Of a stretch of 64,000 bases of DNA, positions 34,499 to 47,475 are shown one piece after another; the stretch's first letter is position 1; each line of letters opens with the position of its first letter. The DNA is from an uncultured delta proteobacterium (GTDB taxonomy: Bacteria > Myxococcota_A > Polyangia > Fen-1088). A program made the translations under genes and the position numbers. Under the pieces are notes generated by a model, which saw only the letters and a program-made list of their open reading frames with translations, searched no databases and was not told the DNA's origin. The DNA lies in contig CAWCMR010000015.1 of assembly GCA_963796685.1 (NCBI GenBank), positions 96,001 to 160,000 on the forward strand, in the 5' to 3' direction.

Positions 34499-35470
34499 GT
34501 GGTTTCCAACCGCGGTCCTGTGCGATCGGACCAGGTCGTGCTGGTTCGAGGCGTGGTAGCTCGAGCGGACCAGGGGACCGGACTCGACGTGGGCGAAACC
34601 CATGGCCAGGGCTTCCTCCTTGAGTTGGCGGAACTCGTCGGGCGTCACATGGCGCTCGACGGGCAGGTGCTGTCGCGAAGGCCGCAGGTACTGGCCCAGG
34701 GTCAGGATGGCCACGCCGGCCGCGCGCAGGTCGCCCAGGACCGCGCGCACCTCATCGAGCTCTTCGCCGAGGCCCAGCATGAGCCCGCTTTTGGTGAGGG
34801 CCCCCTGTGCGTGGGCGTGGGCCAGGACCGCAAGCGAGCGCTCGACGCTGGCCTGGACGCGCACCTGGCGCGCCAGGCGCGGCACGGTTTCGAGGTTGTG
34901 GGCGAAGACATCGGGACCCGCGGCCAGCACGACGTCGACGGCTTCCGTGTCGCCCTTGAAATCGCTGACCAGCACCTCCAACACCATGTTCGGGCAGCGC
35001 TCCTTGACCGCGCGGATGGTAGCGGCCCAGTGGGCCGCCCCGCCGTCGGCCAGGTCGTCGCGGGTCACGCAGGTGATGACGGTGTGGGACAGTCCCAGCT
35101 CGGAAAGGATGGCGGCCACGCGGGCCGGCTCGTCCGGGTCGGGCGGCAGCGGCTTGCCGGTGGGGACATCGCAGAACTTGCACGAGCGCGTGCACAGGTC
35201 GCCCAGGATCATGATGGTCAGGGACTTTTCGTTCCAGCACTCGCCCAGGTTGGGGCAGGAGGCGCTTTCGCACACGGTGTGAAGCCCGAGTGCGTGCACG
35301 CGCTGGCGCAAATCGAAATACACCTGGCCCGAGGGCAAGCGCGCGCGAATCCACGGGGGATGGTGCGGCCTCTCGACGCTTTCGCCTGCCGCGGGCTGCG
35401 TCTGTCCAAGGACGCGAAGCCTGCGCGACCGGGTATCTACCGTGGTTCTCACACGCAGAATCTGAGCCAT
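34487..35470 (-). CDS. lipA: Lipoyl synthase
   Basis: CESASCPNLGEC, CTRSCKFC, HNLETV, GQYLRPS and RSSYHA. Confidence 0.96.
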   Translation of the reverse strand: MAQILRVRTTVDTRSRRLRVLGQTQPAAGESVERPHHPPWIRARLPSGQVYFDLRQRVHALGLHTVCESASCPNLGECWNEKSLTIMILGDLCTRSCKFCDVPTGKPLPPDPDEPARVAAILSELGLSHTVITCVTRDDLADGGAAHWAATIRAVKERCPNMVLEVLVSDFKGDTEAVDVVLAAGPDVFAHNLETVPRLARQVRVQASVERSLAVLAHAHAQGALTKSGLMLGLGEELDEVRAVLGDLRAAGVAILTLGQYLRPSRQHLPVERHVTPDEFRQLKEEALAMGFAHVESGPLVRSSYHASNQHDLVRSHRTAVGNHIPR

Positions 35471-35580
35471 CCCGGGCACGATGTCGATACCCGAATGGGC
35501 GCAACGGCCGGGGGCTTTGCCCGACGGCACGGGAAAGGGCGCGTCGACTATTGGCCAAGGCTGCTATGATTCCGCCGCCG

Positions 35581-36261
35581 ATGCAGAGGACAATCATCGT
35601 TGGCGATGTGCACGGGTGTGCCGAGGAGCTTCGCCTCCTTCTGCGCAAGTGCGGCCACGCCAAGGACGACCGGGTGGTTCTGGCCGGCGATCTGGTTGCC
35701 AAGGGACCAGACTCCCAGGGCGTGGTGCAGTTCGCGCGGGAAAATGGCGTGCTCGCGGTGCTGGGAAACCACGATGCGTTCGCGCTCGCACACAGGCACG
35801 AGGTGGAGCAGGACCGTTCCCACGATCGTCGCAGTTACGTCCGCAGCCTGGGTGCGGACGATTGGGCCTATTTGGAGTCTTTGCCACCCTATCTCAGGCT
35901 TGGCGACGTCAGGCCGGGCGGGCCGCAGGTTCTGGTCGTGCACGCGGGGCTCGTGCCGGGGATCCCGGTCGAGGACCAGCGGCGGGAACATCTGCGGACC
36001 TTGCGCAGCATCACCGAAACGGGCGAGCCGACCAGCCGCCTGCTGGTTCGCTTTCCCTGGGCCGCAAAGTGGTCCGGTCCCGAGTGGGTGATCTTCGGTC
36101 ACGATGCCGTGCGCGGGCTGCAGCAGCAGCCGTTCGCCACCGGTCTGGACACGGGCTGCGTCTACGGCAGAGAGCTGACCGCCATCGTTCTGCCCGAGGG
36201 CAGGATCGTGCAGGTTCCGGCGCGCAAACGCTACGCCGGCAGGGCCCCAAGCCCATGCTAG
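35581..36261 (+). CDS. Metallophosphoesterase (ApaH/PPP-like)
   Basis: GDVHG, GDLVAKG, GNHD, VHAG, FGH and LDTGC. Confidence 0.88.
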   Translation: MQRTIIVGDVHGCAEELRLLLRKCGHAKDDRVVLAGDLVAKGPDSQGVVQFARENGVLAVLGNHDAFALAHRHEVEQDRSHDRRSYVRSLGADDWAYLESLPPYLRLGDVRPGGPQVLVVHAGLVPGIPVEDQRREHLRTLRSITETGEPTSRLLVRFPWAAKWSGPEWVIFGHDAVRGLQQQPFATGLDTGCVYGRELTAIVLPEGRIVQVPARKRYAGRAPSPC

Positions 36262-36273
36262 ACTGGCACTGCT

Positions 36274-36642
36274 TTGCTAGTCGATCTCAAGAAGATTTTC
36301 TCCTTCGAAGCCGCCCACCACTTGCCGCGCGTGCCGGCGGGACACAAGTGTTCGCGTATGCACGGCCATAGCTACCGGGTCGAGATCGCATTGCGCGGTC
36401 CGGTTGACCCGGCGACGGGCTGGGTCGTCGATTTCGCGGTGATCGACGAGGCTTGGGCCGGGCTCTTCAAGCAGTTCGACCACCACACGCTGAACGACAT
36501 CCACGGGCTCGACAATCCTACCTGCGAGAATCTGTGCGCCTTCATTTGGGAGGCGATGTCCAGGCGGGTTCCCTACCTGTCGACGGTGACAGTGTGGGAA
36601 ACCGCCGATTCGTGTTGCACCTACCACGGCGATGCCGGCTAG
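36274..36642 (+). CDS. queD: 6-carboxytetrahydropterin synthase
   Basis: FEAAHHL, CSRMHGHSY, NPTCEN and WET. Confidence 0.93.
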   Translation: MLVDLKKIFSFEAAHHLPRVPAGHKCSRMHGHSYRVEIALRGPVDPATGWVVDFAVIDEAWAGLFKQFDHHTLNDIHGLDNPTCENLCAFIWEAMSRRVPYLSTVTVWETADSCCTYHGDAG

Positions 36643-36654
36643 GAACGGTCGAGC

Positions 36655-37464
36655 GTGAAAACCCTGCGCTGCCTCACCTTGAATCTGTGGGGGGCCGAAC
36701 CGCCTCTGGACGAACGCATGGCGGTGGTGGCCCAGGGGCTGCGCGATCTGGCCCCGGACGTGGTGACCTTGCAGGAAGTCCGCGAAGTGCCGGGGCAGTT
36801 GCCCAATCAAGCGGAGACCCTGGCCAAGGCCGTCGGCTTCGGCCACGTCTTCGCTCCCGCCACGCCCTTTGGCGGCGGACACGAAGGTCTGGCCATTCTC
36901 TCGCGCCTGCCGATTGCCGAACACGCGGCGCTGGAGTTGCCCCACGCCGAGCCCCAGGAGCGGCGGATTCTTCTTTCCTCTCGCGTGCAAAACGGGCAGG
37001 GCAGCGTGTGGGTTCACACCACCCACCTCAATTATCGACTGACGCACGGCAAGCAGCGCGAGGATCAGGTCTCCGCCATCGTGGCCAGCGTGGCCGCTCG
37101 GGCCAGCGACTCTCCGCAGATCCTGATGGGGGACTTCAATGCGCGGCCCGAGGCCGACGAGATCCGCTTTCTGCGTGGCCTGGTTACCCTGGGCGGGCGG
37201 CGCACCTACTTTCAGGACGCCTGGGAGCGCTCGCATCCCGGCGATCCCGGCTGGACCTGGCCGCGCTCGAATCCCTACACGGCCAAGCTGGCGTTTCTCG
37301 AGCCCGACCGCCGCCTCGACTACATCTTCGTGACCCCCATGCGCGGCGACGGGCGCGGGATCGTTCACGCCTGCACCCTGGTGTTCGACAAGCCCGGCGC
37401 CGATTCGGTCTACGCCTCGGACCATTTCGGTCTGCTGGCCGAGATCCAAGTGGAGCCCACCTGA
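36655..37464 (+). CDS. Endonuclease/exonuclease/phosphatase family protein
   Basis: TLNLW, LQEV, THL, GDFNA, RLDYIF and SDH. Confidence 0.88.
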   Translation: MKTLRCLTLNLWGAEPPLDERMAVVAQGLRDLAPDVVTLQEVREVPGQLPNQAETLAKAVGFGHVFAPATPFGGGHEGLAILSRLPIAEHAALELPHAEPQERRILLSSRVQNGQGSVWVHTTHLNYRLTHGKQREDQVSAIVASVAARASDSPQILMGDFNARPEADEIRFLRGLVTLGGRRTYFQDAWERSHPGDPGWTWPRSNPYTAKLAFLEPDRRLDYIFVTPMRGDGRGIVHACTLVFDKPGADSVYASDHFGLLAEIQVEPT

Positions 37465-38348
37465 TGTTCCGTCTCGCCCAAGTCAGCGACCCGCATTTTC
37501 AAAGTCTCCGCAACGTCAAGCTGCGCGATCTGTTGGGCAAGCGCGCCCTCGGCGGGCTGAACCTGCTGCTCATGCGGCGGCGCAAGCACAACATGGCGCT
37601 TCTGCAGGCCCTGCTGGAGGATCTGCCGTCGCGGGCCGTGGATCACCTCGCCATCACCGGGGACCTGTGCAACATCGCGCTCGAATCCGAATGGGCCGCG
37701 GCCTTGCGCTGGATCGAGGCCACGCGGCTTCCTCCGGATCGGGTGACCGTGATTCCAGGCAACCACGACGCCTACGTCGCCAAGGTGGTGACGGACGGCG
37801 TGTTCGAGCGCCTGTTCGCCCCGTATCAAACGGCCGAGCTGCGCGTGAACGACCTCGTCTATCCTTTCGTGCGCTTTCGCGGCGACCTAGCCCTCGTGTG
37901 TGTCAGCAGCGGTGTGCCCACCGGGGACGCAGGGGCGTGGGGCAGGGTGGGCGAAGGCCAGCTCGGTCGCCTCGAGTCGCTTCTGACGGCGCCCGAGGTG
38001 AAGCGTCGGCGTCGGGTCGTTCTCATCCATCATCCGCCCCTGGTGAACCGCCACGGCGAAGAGCGCAACCTGCGCGATCGCGCGGCCTTGCAAGCCGTTC
38101 TCGCCCGCACCGGCGCCGATTTGGTGTTGCACGGGCACGACCACCGCGATTACTTCAACGACCTGGCGGGACCCGGCCGGGCGCGTATCCCGGTGGTCGG
38201 CGCGGGCTCGGCGTCCTACGATGGCCCGCCCGACAGGCGTTCGCGCTACCACATCTTCGAGATCGCCGATGCCGCGATCACCGTCATCACCTACGCCCAC
38301 GACAGCGCCAGCAACGGGTTTCGCGAGTTCGCGCGCAAGACGCTGTGA
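37464..38348 (+). CDS. Metallophosphoesterase (Icc/CpdA-like)
   Basis: SDPH, TGDL, PGNHD, HHPP and HGHDH. Confidence 0.88.
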   Translation: MFRLAQVSDPHFQSLRNVKLRDLLGKRALGGLNLLLMRRRKHNMALLQALLEDLPSRAVDHLAITGDLCNIALESEWAAALRWIEATRLPPDRVTVIPGNHDAYVAKVVTDGVFERLFAPYQTAELRVNDLVYPFVRFRGDLALVCVSSGVPTGDAGAWGRVGEGQLGRLESLLTAPEVKRRRRVVLIHHPPLVNRHGEERNLRDRAALQAVLARTGADLVLHGHDHRDYFNDLAGPGRARIPVVGAGSASYDGPPDRRSRYHIFEIADAAITVITYAHDSASNGFREFARKTL

Positions 38349-38445
38349 GCTCGGCGCCCGGCGACCCGTTGGATTCCGTGCTTCCAACGCGCCTCCCTGG
38401 CATCCAAGGGGCGCGAATATTGCGCAATCCAACAAGGAGATCTTG

Positions 38446-39057
38446 ATGAAGAATGTCATTCGTACCCTAGGGATAGTTGGCCTGGTGAGCGGGCTGGTCG
38501 GTGCTGCTGCACATGCGGCTGGGCCGCCTCCCGCTCCTGCCAAGGGCGAGCTCCAGCGTGACCTGCTCGGCGTGTACAGCGACGCAGAGAAAAAGGTGCT
38601 CGATCTGGAAGGCGCCGTGCCGCAGAACAAGTTCAACTGGCGGCCAGGACCTGGCGTGCGTTCCATCGCCGAGGCGTACCTGCACATCGCTTTCGCCAAC
38701 TACGCCATGGTCAAGTTCGCGACCGGCAAGGAGCCGCCGGCCGAGGCGGGCTGGGAGATGAATCCGGCCAAGTGGGACAAGAAGACGACGGACAAGGCCG
38801 AGATCAAGAAGATCCTCGAGGCCTCGTTCGCCCACGTACACGCGGCGGTTGCCGCTATCCCCGATGCCGATCTCGACAAAAGGGTGAGCTTCTTCGGGCA
38901 CGAGATGACGACGCGCGCGGTGCTGATCATCCTCGACGGCCACCTCAACGAGCACCTGGGACAGGAAGTGGCCTACGCTCGGGCCAACAAGATCGTGCCG
39001 CCCTGGAGCAGGGACGAGAAGGCCCACGAGAAGGCCAGCATGGCCGAAAAGAAGTAG
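38446..39057 (+). CDS. Exported DinB-family protein
   Basis: Signal peptide AHA, WRP..GVRSIAEAYLHIA and HLNEHLGQ. Confidence 0.82.
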   Translation: MKNVIRTLGIVGLVSGLVGAAAHAAGPPPAPAKGELQRDLLGVYSDAEKKVLDLEGAVPQNKFNWRPGPGVRSIAEAYLHIAFANYAMVKFATGKEPPAEAGWEMNPAKWDKKTTDKAEIKKILEASFAHVHAAVAAIPDADLDKRVSFFGHEMTTRAVLIILDGHLNEHLGQEVAYARANKIVPPWSRDEKAHEKASMAEKK

Positions 39058-39173
39058 GGGCGGGTTTCAAACCCGCCCGCCGGTTGCTCTCGTCGTAAAT
39101 GCCCAACCAGGTTAGCGGGATCTTCATCTTCGCGTCCCTTGGCCTATGGGGCGGGTTTGAAACCCGCCCCTAC
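39054..39173. repeat. REPIN: two inverted GTAG-REPs
   Basis: GTAGGGGCGGGTTTCAAACCCGCCC (39054) and GGGGCGGGTTTGAAACCCGCCCCTAC (39148-39173); same REP as at 5180. Confidence 0.88.
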
Positions 39174-39183
39174 CAAGTGCGCC

Positions 39184-39219
39184 GTAATCACGTCGTATTC
39201 AACCCGTTCGGTGCTCTAG
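39184..39219. mobile_element. Solo MITE-like terminal repeat
   Basis: GTAATCACGTCGTATTCAACCCGTTCGGTGCTCTAG matches the right end of the 50403..50650 element. Confidence 0.6.
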
Positions 39220-39788
39220 AAACGACCCCCGACTGCGGGAACGAAGGTCACGCTGCCGTCGGCTTGCCGAACCGGGGCCACCGAGGCCGAGTATTTGCGG
39301 TAGCCCTCGACGAAGCCCACGCCCATGCCCAGGCATGCCCCCGACAGCACGCCGATGGATCCGCCGAGGAGGATGTGCTCGCCCTTCTTGGACGACAGCG
39401 CAGCCAGCCCGCCTGCGATGCCACCCAGGACCGCGCCCAGGCCCGCCCCGTAGAGGCCGTCGCGCATGACGTAGCCGTTGCGGCCAGGCTTGTTCTGGGT
39501 CATATCCACGATGCCCAGGGTCAGGCCCAGCGCGCTGCCGGCCAGGGCGCCGATGCCGGCCCCGTAGACAAGCGGCTTCCAATCGCTCGAGCTATGCCAG
39601 CCACCGCGTCGGGCGAACAGATATCCGGTGGAAAGACCCGCCACGCCACCCACGAGCAGTCCCTGGTAGGCGCCATCGAAAACCGTCGGCGGTTGCAGGT
39701 CCGCCGCGCGCGCGGATGGAACCAGGCAAACGAGCGCCAGGGCCAGGCAAAGAAAGCGGCACAGGGCACGAACGATGGATCGAATCAT
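39216..39788 (-). CDS. Exported Gly-rich membrane protein
   Basis: Signal peptide ARA, glycine-zipper-like helices and C-terminal GGRF. Confidence 0.65.
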   Translation of the reverse strand: MIRSIVRALCRFLCLALALVCLVPSARAADLQPPTVFDGAYQGLLVGGVAGLSTGYLFARRGGWHSSSDWKPLVYGAGIGALAGSALGLTLGIVDMTQNKPGRNGYVMRDGLYGAGLGAVLGGIAGGLAALSSKKGEHILLGGSIGVLSGACLGMGVGFVEGYRKYSASVAPVRQADGSVTFVPAVGGRF

Positions 39789-41785
39789 GGCTTGACCAGG
39801 TTGGTGGCGGTGCGAACGAGGTTGTCGGCCGTGAATCCGAATTGCTTGATCAGCACCGAGCCCGGCCCCGAGGCCCCGAAGCGATCGAGACCAATGGTGG
39901 CTCCGCGGTCACCCACCCAGCGGTGCCAACCGAGGGTGGTGCCGGCCTCGATGGAGACGCGAGCCGAGACGTCGCGGGGAATGACCGAGTCGCGGTACTC
40001 GGGGGACTGCTCCAGGAACAATTCCCAACATGGCATCGAAACCACGCGCGCTCGGATGCCACCCGCGGCGAGCTTTTCCTGCGCCGCGACGGCAAGCGCG
40101 ACCTCGCTGCCTGTGGCGATGAGGATTACCTGGGGCGGCCCGCCCGCCGCTTCGCTGAGCACGTAGGCGCCCTTGGCCACGCCCGCGGCTGGCGCCATCT
40201 TCTCGCGATCGAAGGTGGGCATCTTCTGGCGTGTGAGAATCATCGCCACCGGGCCATCGTTGCGTTTCATGGCCAAGCGATAGGCTTGGGCGACTTCGTT
40301 GGCATCGCCCGGGCGCATGACCCACATGTTCGGGATCGCACGTAGGGCCGCCAGCTGCTCCACCGGCTGATGGGTCGGGCCATCTTCACCGACACCGATG
40401 GAATCGTGGGTGAACACGAAAATCACGGGCAACTTGCTGATGGCTGCCATGCGAAGAGCCGGGCGTTCGTAGTCGGAAAAGACGAAGAACGTGGCGGTGA
40501 ACGAACGCACGCCACCGTGGTAGGCCATGCCGTTGGCGATGGCGCCCATGGCGTGCTCGCGCACCCCGTAGTGGATGTTGCGCCCCAGGCCGGTTTCGCC
40601 CGAGAAGTCGCCCAGACCGGGCAGGCCGGTCATGGTCGAGCACGACAGGTCGGCGTCACCACCCAGGAACCAGGGCACTTTGCTGGCAATGGCGGCCAGG
40701 ATCTTGCCGCCGGAAACGCGGGTGGCGGGTTCGTCCTTGACGGTGAAGGTGGGAATCGCCGCGTCCCAATCCGCCGGCAACTCGCCCTTTTGCGCCAGCC
40801 TCCATTCGGTGGCCAGCGCGGGATTGGTGGCGGCCCAGGCGTCGAAGGTCTTCTGCCATGCCGCTTCGGCGGCGGCACCGCGCTCGACCGCGGTGAGAAG
40901 GTGGCTCTTGGCTTCCTCCGGGATGAAGAACTGCTTCTCGGGGTCCCAACCCAGGGCCGTCTTGGTGAGCTTGACCTCGTCCGGGCCGAGCGGCGATCCA
41001 TGGGCCTCGGAGGTGCCCGCCTTGTGCGGCGATCCGCAGCCGATGGTGGTGTGGACCATGATGAGCGATGGACGCGGGTCGGCCTCGGCGGCGGCGATGG
41101 CCTTGTCGATGCCGTCGGTGTCGGTGTCGCCCTTGTCCACCTTCTGCACGTGCCAGCCATAAGCCTCGAAGCGCTTGGCCACATCCTCGCTGAAGTGCAG
41201 GGAGGTCGGACCGTCGAGGGAGACCTTGTTGTCGTCGTAAAGCCAGGTCAACTTGCCGAGCTTGAGGTGCCCGGCCAGCGCGGCGGCCTCGTGCGTGATG
41301 CCTTCCATCATGTCGCCGTCGCCGAGGAGGGCATAGGTTCTGTGGTCGACGATGGTTTGGCCGGGCTTGTTGTAGCGTCCCGCCAGGAATCGCTCCGCCA
41401 TGGCCATGCCGACGGCATTCGTCGCGCCTTGCCCGAGTGGGCCCGTGGTGGCCTCGACACCCGGCGTGCAGAACGACTCGGGGTGGCCCGGGGCGCGCGA
41501 TCCCCACTGCCGGAAGGCCTTGAGCTCGTCGAGGGCCAGGTCGTAGCCGGTGAGGTGCAACATCGAATAGAGCAACATGGAGCCGTGTCCGGCCGACAAC
41601 ACGAAGCGATCGCGATCCGGCCATTTGGGATTCCTGGGGTTGTGGCGCAGGTGCCTCTGCCACAGCACGTAGGTCATGGGGGCCGCACCCATGGGAAGGC
41701 CGGGATGGCCGGAGTTCGCCTTTTGGACGGCGTCGACGGAAAGAAGACGAATGGTGTTGATGGCAAGTTGGGTCAATGAGTCCAT
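39785..41785 (-). CDS. tkt: Transketolase
   Basis: [39 protein letters not shown] and GEDGPTHQP. Confidence 0.97.
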   Translation of the reverse strand: MDSLTQLAINTIRLLSVDAVQKANSGHPGLPMGAAPMTYVLWQRHLRHNPRNPKWPDRDRFVLSAGHGSMLLYSMLHLTGYDLALDELKAFRQWGSRAPGHPESFCTPGVEATTGPLGQGATNAVGMAMAERFLAGRYNKPGQTIVDHRTYALLGDGDMMEGITHEAAALAGHLKLGKLTWLYDDNKVSLDGPTSLHFSEDVAKRFEAYGWHVQKVDKGDTDTDGIDKAIAAAEADPRPSLIMVHTTIGCGSPHKAGTSEAHGSPLGPDEVKLTKTALGWDPEKQFFIPEEAKSHLLTAVERGAAAEAAWQKTFDAWAATNPALATEWRLAQKGELPADWDAAIPTFTVKDEPATRVSGGKILAAIASKVPWFLGGDADLSCSTMTGLPGLGDFSGETGLGRNIHYGVREHAMGAIANGMAYHGGVRSFTATFFVFSDYERPALRMAAISKLPVIFVFTHDSIGVGEDGPTHQPVEQLAALRAIPNMWVMRPGDANEVAQAYRLAMKRNDGPVAMILTRQKMPTFDREKMAPAAGVAKGAYVLSEAAGGPPQVILIATGSEVALAVAAQEKLAAGGIRARVVSMPCWELFLEQSPEYRDSVIPRDVSARVSIEAGTTLGWHRWVGDRGATIGLDRFGASGPGSVLIKQFGFTADNLVRTATNLVKP

Positions 41786-41849
41786 GCTCGCTGCTCCTGG
41801 AAAAGACTTCTCTAGCGAGCAGTTTGCTAGCACGTGGACGCGAGAATTC

Positions 41850-42419
41850 CTAGCCGGCATTGGGGCTGGCCAGCCGGAGGCGTGGCCAGGCGTGGTTCTC
41901 GGCCTGGACGCGCGCCATGCGCCGCGCATCGATCCGACCGGCGCGTGGGGAGGAACGCAGCGATTGGAAGAGGGTTTGCGAGAGCTCGTCCGTGGCCGCG
42001 CGCAGCCGGCGAATGGCCGCCAGGGCGAGAGCGTGGACGAGGTTCGAGTCAGGCCTCCGTTCGGGCTGCTCGCGCTGCCCGGGATCCATGAGAGCGATCA
42101 GGTTGGTGCGCGTGATTTCGACGACGGTGGCGTCGCACAGGGTACGCAAGGAAACCGAGCAGGGCTCGCCATCGAGAGCCGGCATGAGGGCCAGAACGCT
42201 GCCCGGTCCTGTTCTGGAAAGCGCGAGAGACTTGCCGGCAATGGACTTGGCGATCTCCACCTCGCCCGACGTGACGACGAAGAAGCGGTCGGTGAGCTGA
42301 CCTTCCCGACAGAGCAGGGCGTGAGCCGGCATAGCGCGTGCGTTGCCCGCTTGCAAGAGAAGGTCGGCCTCCAGGGCCTGCAAGATAGCCAGCTCGGCTC
42401 CGGATTCGGGCTCGCTCAA
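41850..42419 (-). CDS. Cyclic-nucleotide-binding-domain protein (degenerate)
   Basis: LCREGQ...[11 protein letters not shown] fold signature but no GE/R phosphate-binding residues. TTG start overlaps the upstream TGA. Confidence 0.65.
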   Translation of the reverse strand: MSEPESGAELAILQALEADLLLQAGNARAMPAHALLCREGQLTDRFFVVTSGEVEIAKSIAGKSLALSRTGPGSVLALMPALDGEPCSVSLRTLCDATVVEITRTNLIALMDPGQREQPERRPDSNLVHALALAAIRRLRAATDELSQTLFQSLRSSPRAGRIDARRMARVQAENHAWPRLRLASPNAG

Positions 42420-42964
42420 GCGGACCCTCGCAACCGGGCGAAGCAGGCTTCCCAGGGATCCGAAATCTCCGCGCCCGCGCCCTGCGTCTTGGTCGAGTCG
42501 CCGGGCGGGAGATCCGGCCCGGGGCACAGATCGCGTTCGATGCGCGCATCCACGCTGCGTAGCCGTCTGAGCACGTTGTGGAAGACGGCGCTGACCAACG
42601 CGGCGGCGGCGCGTGGGGCCTGTTGGCGCATCTTTACCAAGTCGTCTCGACCGAGCTCCAAAACCGTGGTCTCTTCGCTGGCCACGACCGTCGCCGGTCT
42701 GGGTGCCGGGTCGATGCAAAACATCTCGCCCAGAACCCCGCCCTGGCCTAGGTGCGCGATCTCGCGCGGCGTGTTGTCGACCCCCGGAACCACCGCCGAG
42801 AGCGCGCCTTGCACGACGACAATCATGGTGTTACCGTGCTCCCCGCGCGTACACAGGGTCGCGCCGGATGCATACCGCCGTTCATGCATGAAGTGGACAA
42901 GATCGGCAAGGTCGCGCTCCGTGAGCGCTTCGAAGAGTCGTGTGTCTCGCAGCAGGTAAGTCAT
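42416..42964 (-). CDS. Cyclic-nucleotide-binding-domain protein
   Basis: LFEAL, RGEHGNTMIVVVQG and LGEMFCIDPAPRPATVVA; no HTH. Confidence 0.82.
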   Translation of the reverse strand: MTYLLRDTRLFEALTERDLADLVHFMHERRYASGATLCTRGEHGNTMIVVVQGALSAVVPGVDNTPREIAHLGQGGVLGEMFCIDPAPRPATVVASEETTVLELGRDDLVKMRQQAPRAAAALVSAVFHNVLRRLRSVDARIERDLCPGPDLPPGDSTKTQGAGAEISDPWEACFARLRGSA

Positions 42965-43116
42965 TTCCCCCACATTCCATCCATCGGCAGGGCTGCCGGG
43001 AAACTTCAGGCAGGACCTCCACGACTCCACCTTCGCCACCCAGGCGCGTTCGAAGTGCCTTCCCGTCAGTTGCCTCGGGTCAAGTCGGGTCTGGCAACCG
43101 ACGATGGAGAAGAGAA

Positions 43117-44878
<1,762 letters not shown>

Positions 44879-44904
44879 CGGGCCGTCCTTCCTCACGATT
44901 CGCC

Positions 44905-44955
44905 TTGACGGATCCTGGGGGGACATCTATAACCCATACGTAAACGTAAGAGTTA
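44905..44955 (+). promoter_or_regulatory. Sigma70 promoter with overlapping MerR-type operator
   Basis: TTGACG-N17-TATAAC. The dyad TAACCCATACGT-AA-ACGTAAGAGTTA (10/12 pairs) covers the -10/+1 region. Confidence 0.75.
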
Positions 44956-44959
44956 GGGT

Positions 44960-45466
44960 ATGACGATTCAGCGAGAAACAGGGCGCTTGTCCCTGATCAA
45001 AGTCGGCGATTTGGCTCGCCGCACTGGAAAGACGGTGCGGGCCATTCACCTCTATGAGGAGCTCGGCCTGCTCACGCCGCCCCTTCGTTCCAAGGGCGGT
45101 TTCAGGATGTACTCGGGCGACGGCGTGAAGCGGATCGAGTGGATCCAGAAGTTGCAGGACATGGGATTCTCGCTCACCGAAATCAAGGCCTTCCTGCGGG
45201 TTTGGGAAGAGAGCGCCACGGCGCCGGACGCCATGGCCACGGTGCGAGAGATCTTCGCCGACAAATTGCACGAGACGAAGGAAACCATCGTGCGACTTTC
45301 CCGCCTGGCCGAAGAGCTGACCGAGAGCCTGTCCTACCTCGAACGTTGTCGTTCGTGCAGCCCGAACCTGGGCCAGGGAGAGTGCTGCTCCTGTGAAAAC
45401 CACGGCGCCGATCGCGAGGTGCCCCTGCTGGTCGACGGAATCGCCGCCAAACACACCAACCCATGA
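44960..45466 (+). CDS. MerR-family regulator with C-terminal Cys cluster
   Basis: [42 protein letters not shown] and CRSC-x8-CCSC-x2-H. ATGA overlap with iscS. Confidence 0.9.
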   Translation: MTIQRETGRLSLIKVGDLARRTGKTVRAIHLYEELGLLTPPLRSKGGFRMYSGDGVKRIEWIQKLQDMGFSLTEIKAFLRVWEESATAPDAMATVREIFADKLHETKETIVRLSRLAEELTESLSYLERCRSCSPNLGQGECCSCENHGADREVPLLVDGIAAKHTNP

Positions 45467-46680
45467 CGCTCAAGCTACCCATCTACATGGACTACCACGC
45501 GACCACGCCCGTCGACGAGCGGGTGTTGGACGCCATGCTGCCCTATTTCCGCGAGGACTTCGGCAATGCGGCCAGCCGGTCGCATGCCTTTGGTTGGCGC
45601 GCCGAAGAGGCGGTCGAAAAGGGCCGCGAAGAGGTCGCCAAGCTGATTGGAGCCGTGGGCAAGGAGATCGTCTGGACGTCCGGCGCGACCGAATCGGACA
45701 ACCTGGCCATCAAGGGCGTGGCCGAGTTCTACAAGGATCGCGGCAGCCACATCATCACCGCGGTCACCGAGCACAAGGCGGTGCTCGACGCGTGCAAGCG
45801 CCTGGAAAAGCAGGGCTACGTCGTGACTTACCTACCCGTCGAGAGTGACGGGCGCGTGAATCCGCAGGCCGTGGCCGACGCCTTCACGGACAAGACCATC
45901 CTGGTGTCCATCATGCTGGCTAACAACGAGATCGGCACGGTCAATCCGGTGGACGAGATTGGCGCCGTGGTCAAGGCGCGCGGTGCCTTCTTCCACATCG
46001 ACGCGGTCCAGGGCGTGGGCAAGATCCCCTTCGACGTGGACCGCAGCCGCGCCGACCTGGTGTCGTTGTCGGCGCACAAGATGTACGGGCCCAAGGGCAT
46101 CGGCGCGCTTTACGTGCGGCGCAAACCGCGGGTGCGCCTGACACCCATCATCGACGGCGGTGGACACGAGCGGGGCATGCGTTCGGGAACGCTGAATGTC
46201 CCGGGCATCGTCGGCTTCGCCAAGGCGGCCGAGCTGTGTCGACTGGAAATGGCCGAAGAGTCGAGCCGTGTGCTGGCCTTGCGCGAGCGCCTGCGCAAGG
46301 GCATCGAGGCGCGGGTGCCGAACACGGTCGTCAACGGCTCGCTCGAACACCGATTGCCCGGCAACCTCAACATCAGCTTCGCCTTTGTCGAGGGGGAAGC
46401 CATGATGATGGCGCTCAAGGATGTGGCCGTGTCGTCCGGCTCGGCCTGCACCTCGGCATCGCTCGAACCTTCGTACGTCTTGCGCGCCCTGGGCGTCGCG
46501 GAGGAGATGGCCCACACCTCGATTCGCTTCGGTATCGGTCGGTTCACCACCGAAGCCGAGGTGGACTACGTCATCGATTTGGTCGCGGACAAGGTCAAAC
46601 GGTTGCGCGAAATGTCCCCGTTGTGGGAGCTCGCCCAATCCGGTGTGGATCTGAAGAGCATCCAATGGGGTAGTCACTAG
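45463..46680 (+). CDS. iscS: Cysteine desulfurase
   Basis: [28 protein letters not shown] and SSGSACTS. Confidence 0.96.
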   Translation: MTLKLPIYMDYHATTPVDERVLDAMLPYFREDFGNAASRSHAFGWRAEEAVEKGREEVAKLIGAVGKEIVWTSGATESDNLAIKGVAEFYKDRGSHIITAVTEHKAVLDACKRLEKQGYVVTYLPVESDGRVNPQAVADAFTDKTILVSIMLANNEIGTVNPVDEIGAVVKARGAFFHIDAVQGVGKIPFDVDRSRADLVSLSAHKMYGPKGIGALYVRRKPRVRLTPIIDGGGHERGMRSGTLNVPGIVGFAKAAELCRLEMAEESSRVLALRERLRKGIEARVPNTVVNGSLEHRLPGNLNISFAFVEGEAMMMALKDVAVSSGSACTSASLEPSYVLRALGVAEEMAHTSIRFGIGRFTTEAEVDYVIDLVADKVKRLREMSPLWELAQSGVDLKSIQWGSH

Positions 46681-46711
46681 ATTCTGGGGCAGAAGAAAAA
46701 GGAAGTACGTT

Positions 46712-47113
46712 ATGGCATACAGCAACAAGGTCATCGACCACTACGAAAACCCGCGCAACGTCGGCAGTCTGGACGCCGCCGCGCCCGACGTGGGCACGGC
46801 CTTGGTCGGCGCGCCCGCGTGCGGCGACGTGATGAAGCTGCAAATCAAGGTCGGCAAGAACGGCGTGATCGAGGACGCCAAGTTCAAGACCTTCGGTTGC
46901 GGTTCGGCCATCGCGTCATCGTCGTTGGCGACGGAATGGATCAAGGGCATGACGGTCGACCAGGCCATGTCGGTCAAGAACACCCAGATCGTCGAGGAGC
47001 TGAGCCTGCCGCCGGTCAAGATTCACTGTTCGGTGTTGGCCGAGGACGCCATCAAGGGCGCCATCGCCGACTATCGCAAGAAGCAAGAGCAACGAGCTGA
47101 GAGCGCGGCCTAG
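46712..47113 (+). CDS. iscU: Fe-S scaffold protein
   Basis: APACGD, FGCGSA and LPPVKIHC. Confidence 0.97.
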   Translation: MAYSNKVIDHYENPRNVGSLDAAAPDVGTALVGAPACGDVMKLQIKVGKNGVIEDAKFKTFGCGSAIASSSLATEWIKGMTVDQAMSVKNTQIVEELSLPPVKIHCSVLAEDAIKGAIADYRKKQEQRAESAA

Positions 47114-47132
47114 GCCGCCGGGGAGAATCGTC

Positions 47133-47468
47133 ATGGCGATCCAAGTGAGCGAGAAGGCAGTCCAAGCCATCAAGAGCGCATCGGCCAAGCGCGCGACGCC
47201 AGCCAAGGGGTTGCGCGTGGGTATTCGCGGCGGCGGCTGCACCGGGTTTTCCTACCTTTTCGAGTGGTCCGACGTGGACGCTCGGCCGGAAGATCGCGTG
47301 CTCTCTTTCGAGAACGGACAGGTCAACGTGTTCATCGATCCCAAGAGCTTCACCTTTCTCGACGGCTCGACGCTGGATTTCGCCAGCACCCTGATGGCCA
47401 GCGGCTTCAAGTGGATCAATCCCAACGTCAAGTCGACCTGCAGCTGCGGCGAAAGTGTCCAGTTCTAG
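47133..47468 (+). CDS. iscA: A-type Fe-S carrier
   Basis: GGGCTG and NPN..CSCGES. Confidence 0.92.
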   Translation: MAIQVSEKAVQAIKSASAKRATPAKGLRVGIRGGGCTGFSYLFEWSDVDARPEDRVLSFENGQVNVFIDPKSFTFLDGSTLDFASTLMASGFKWINPNVKSTCSCGESVQF

Positions 47469-47475
47469 GGCTGGC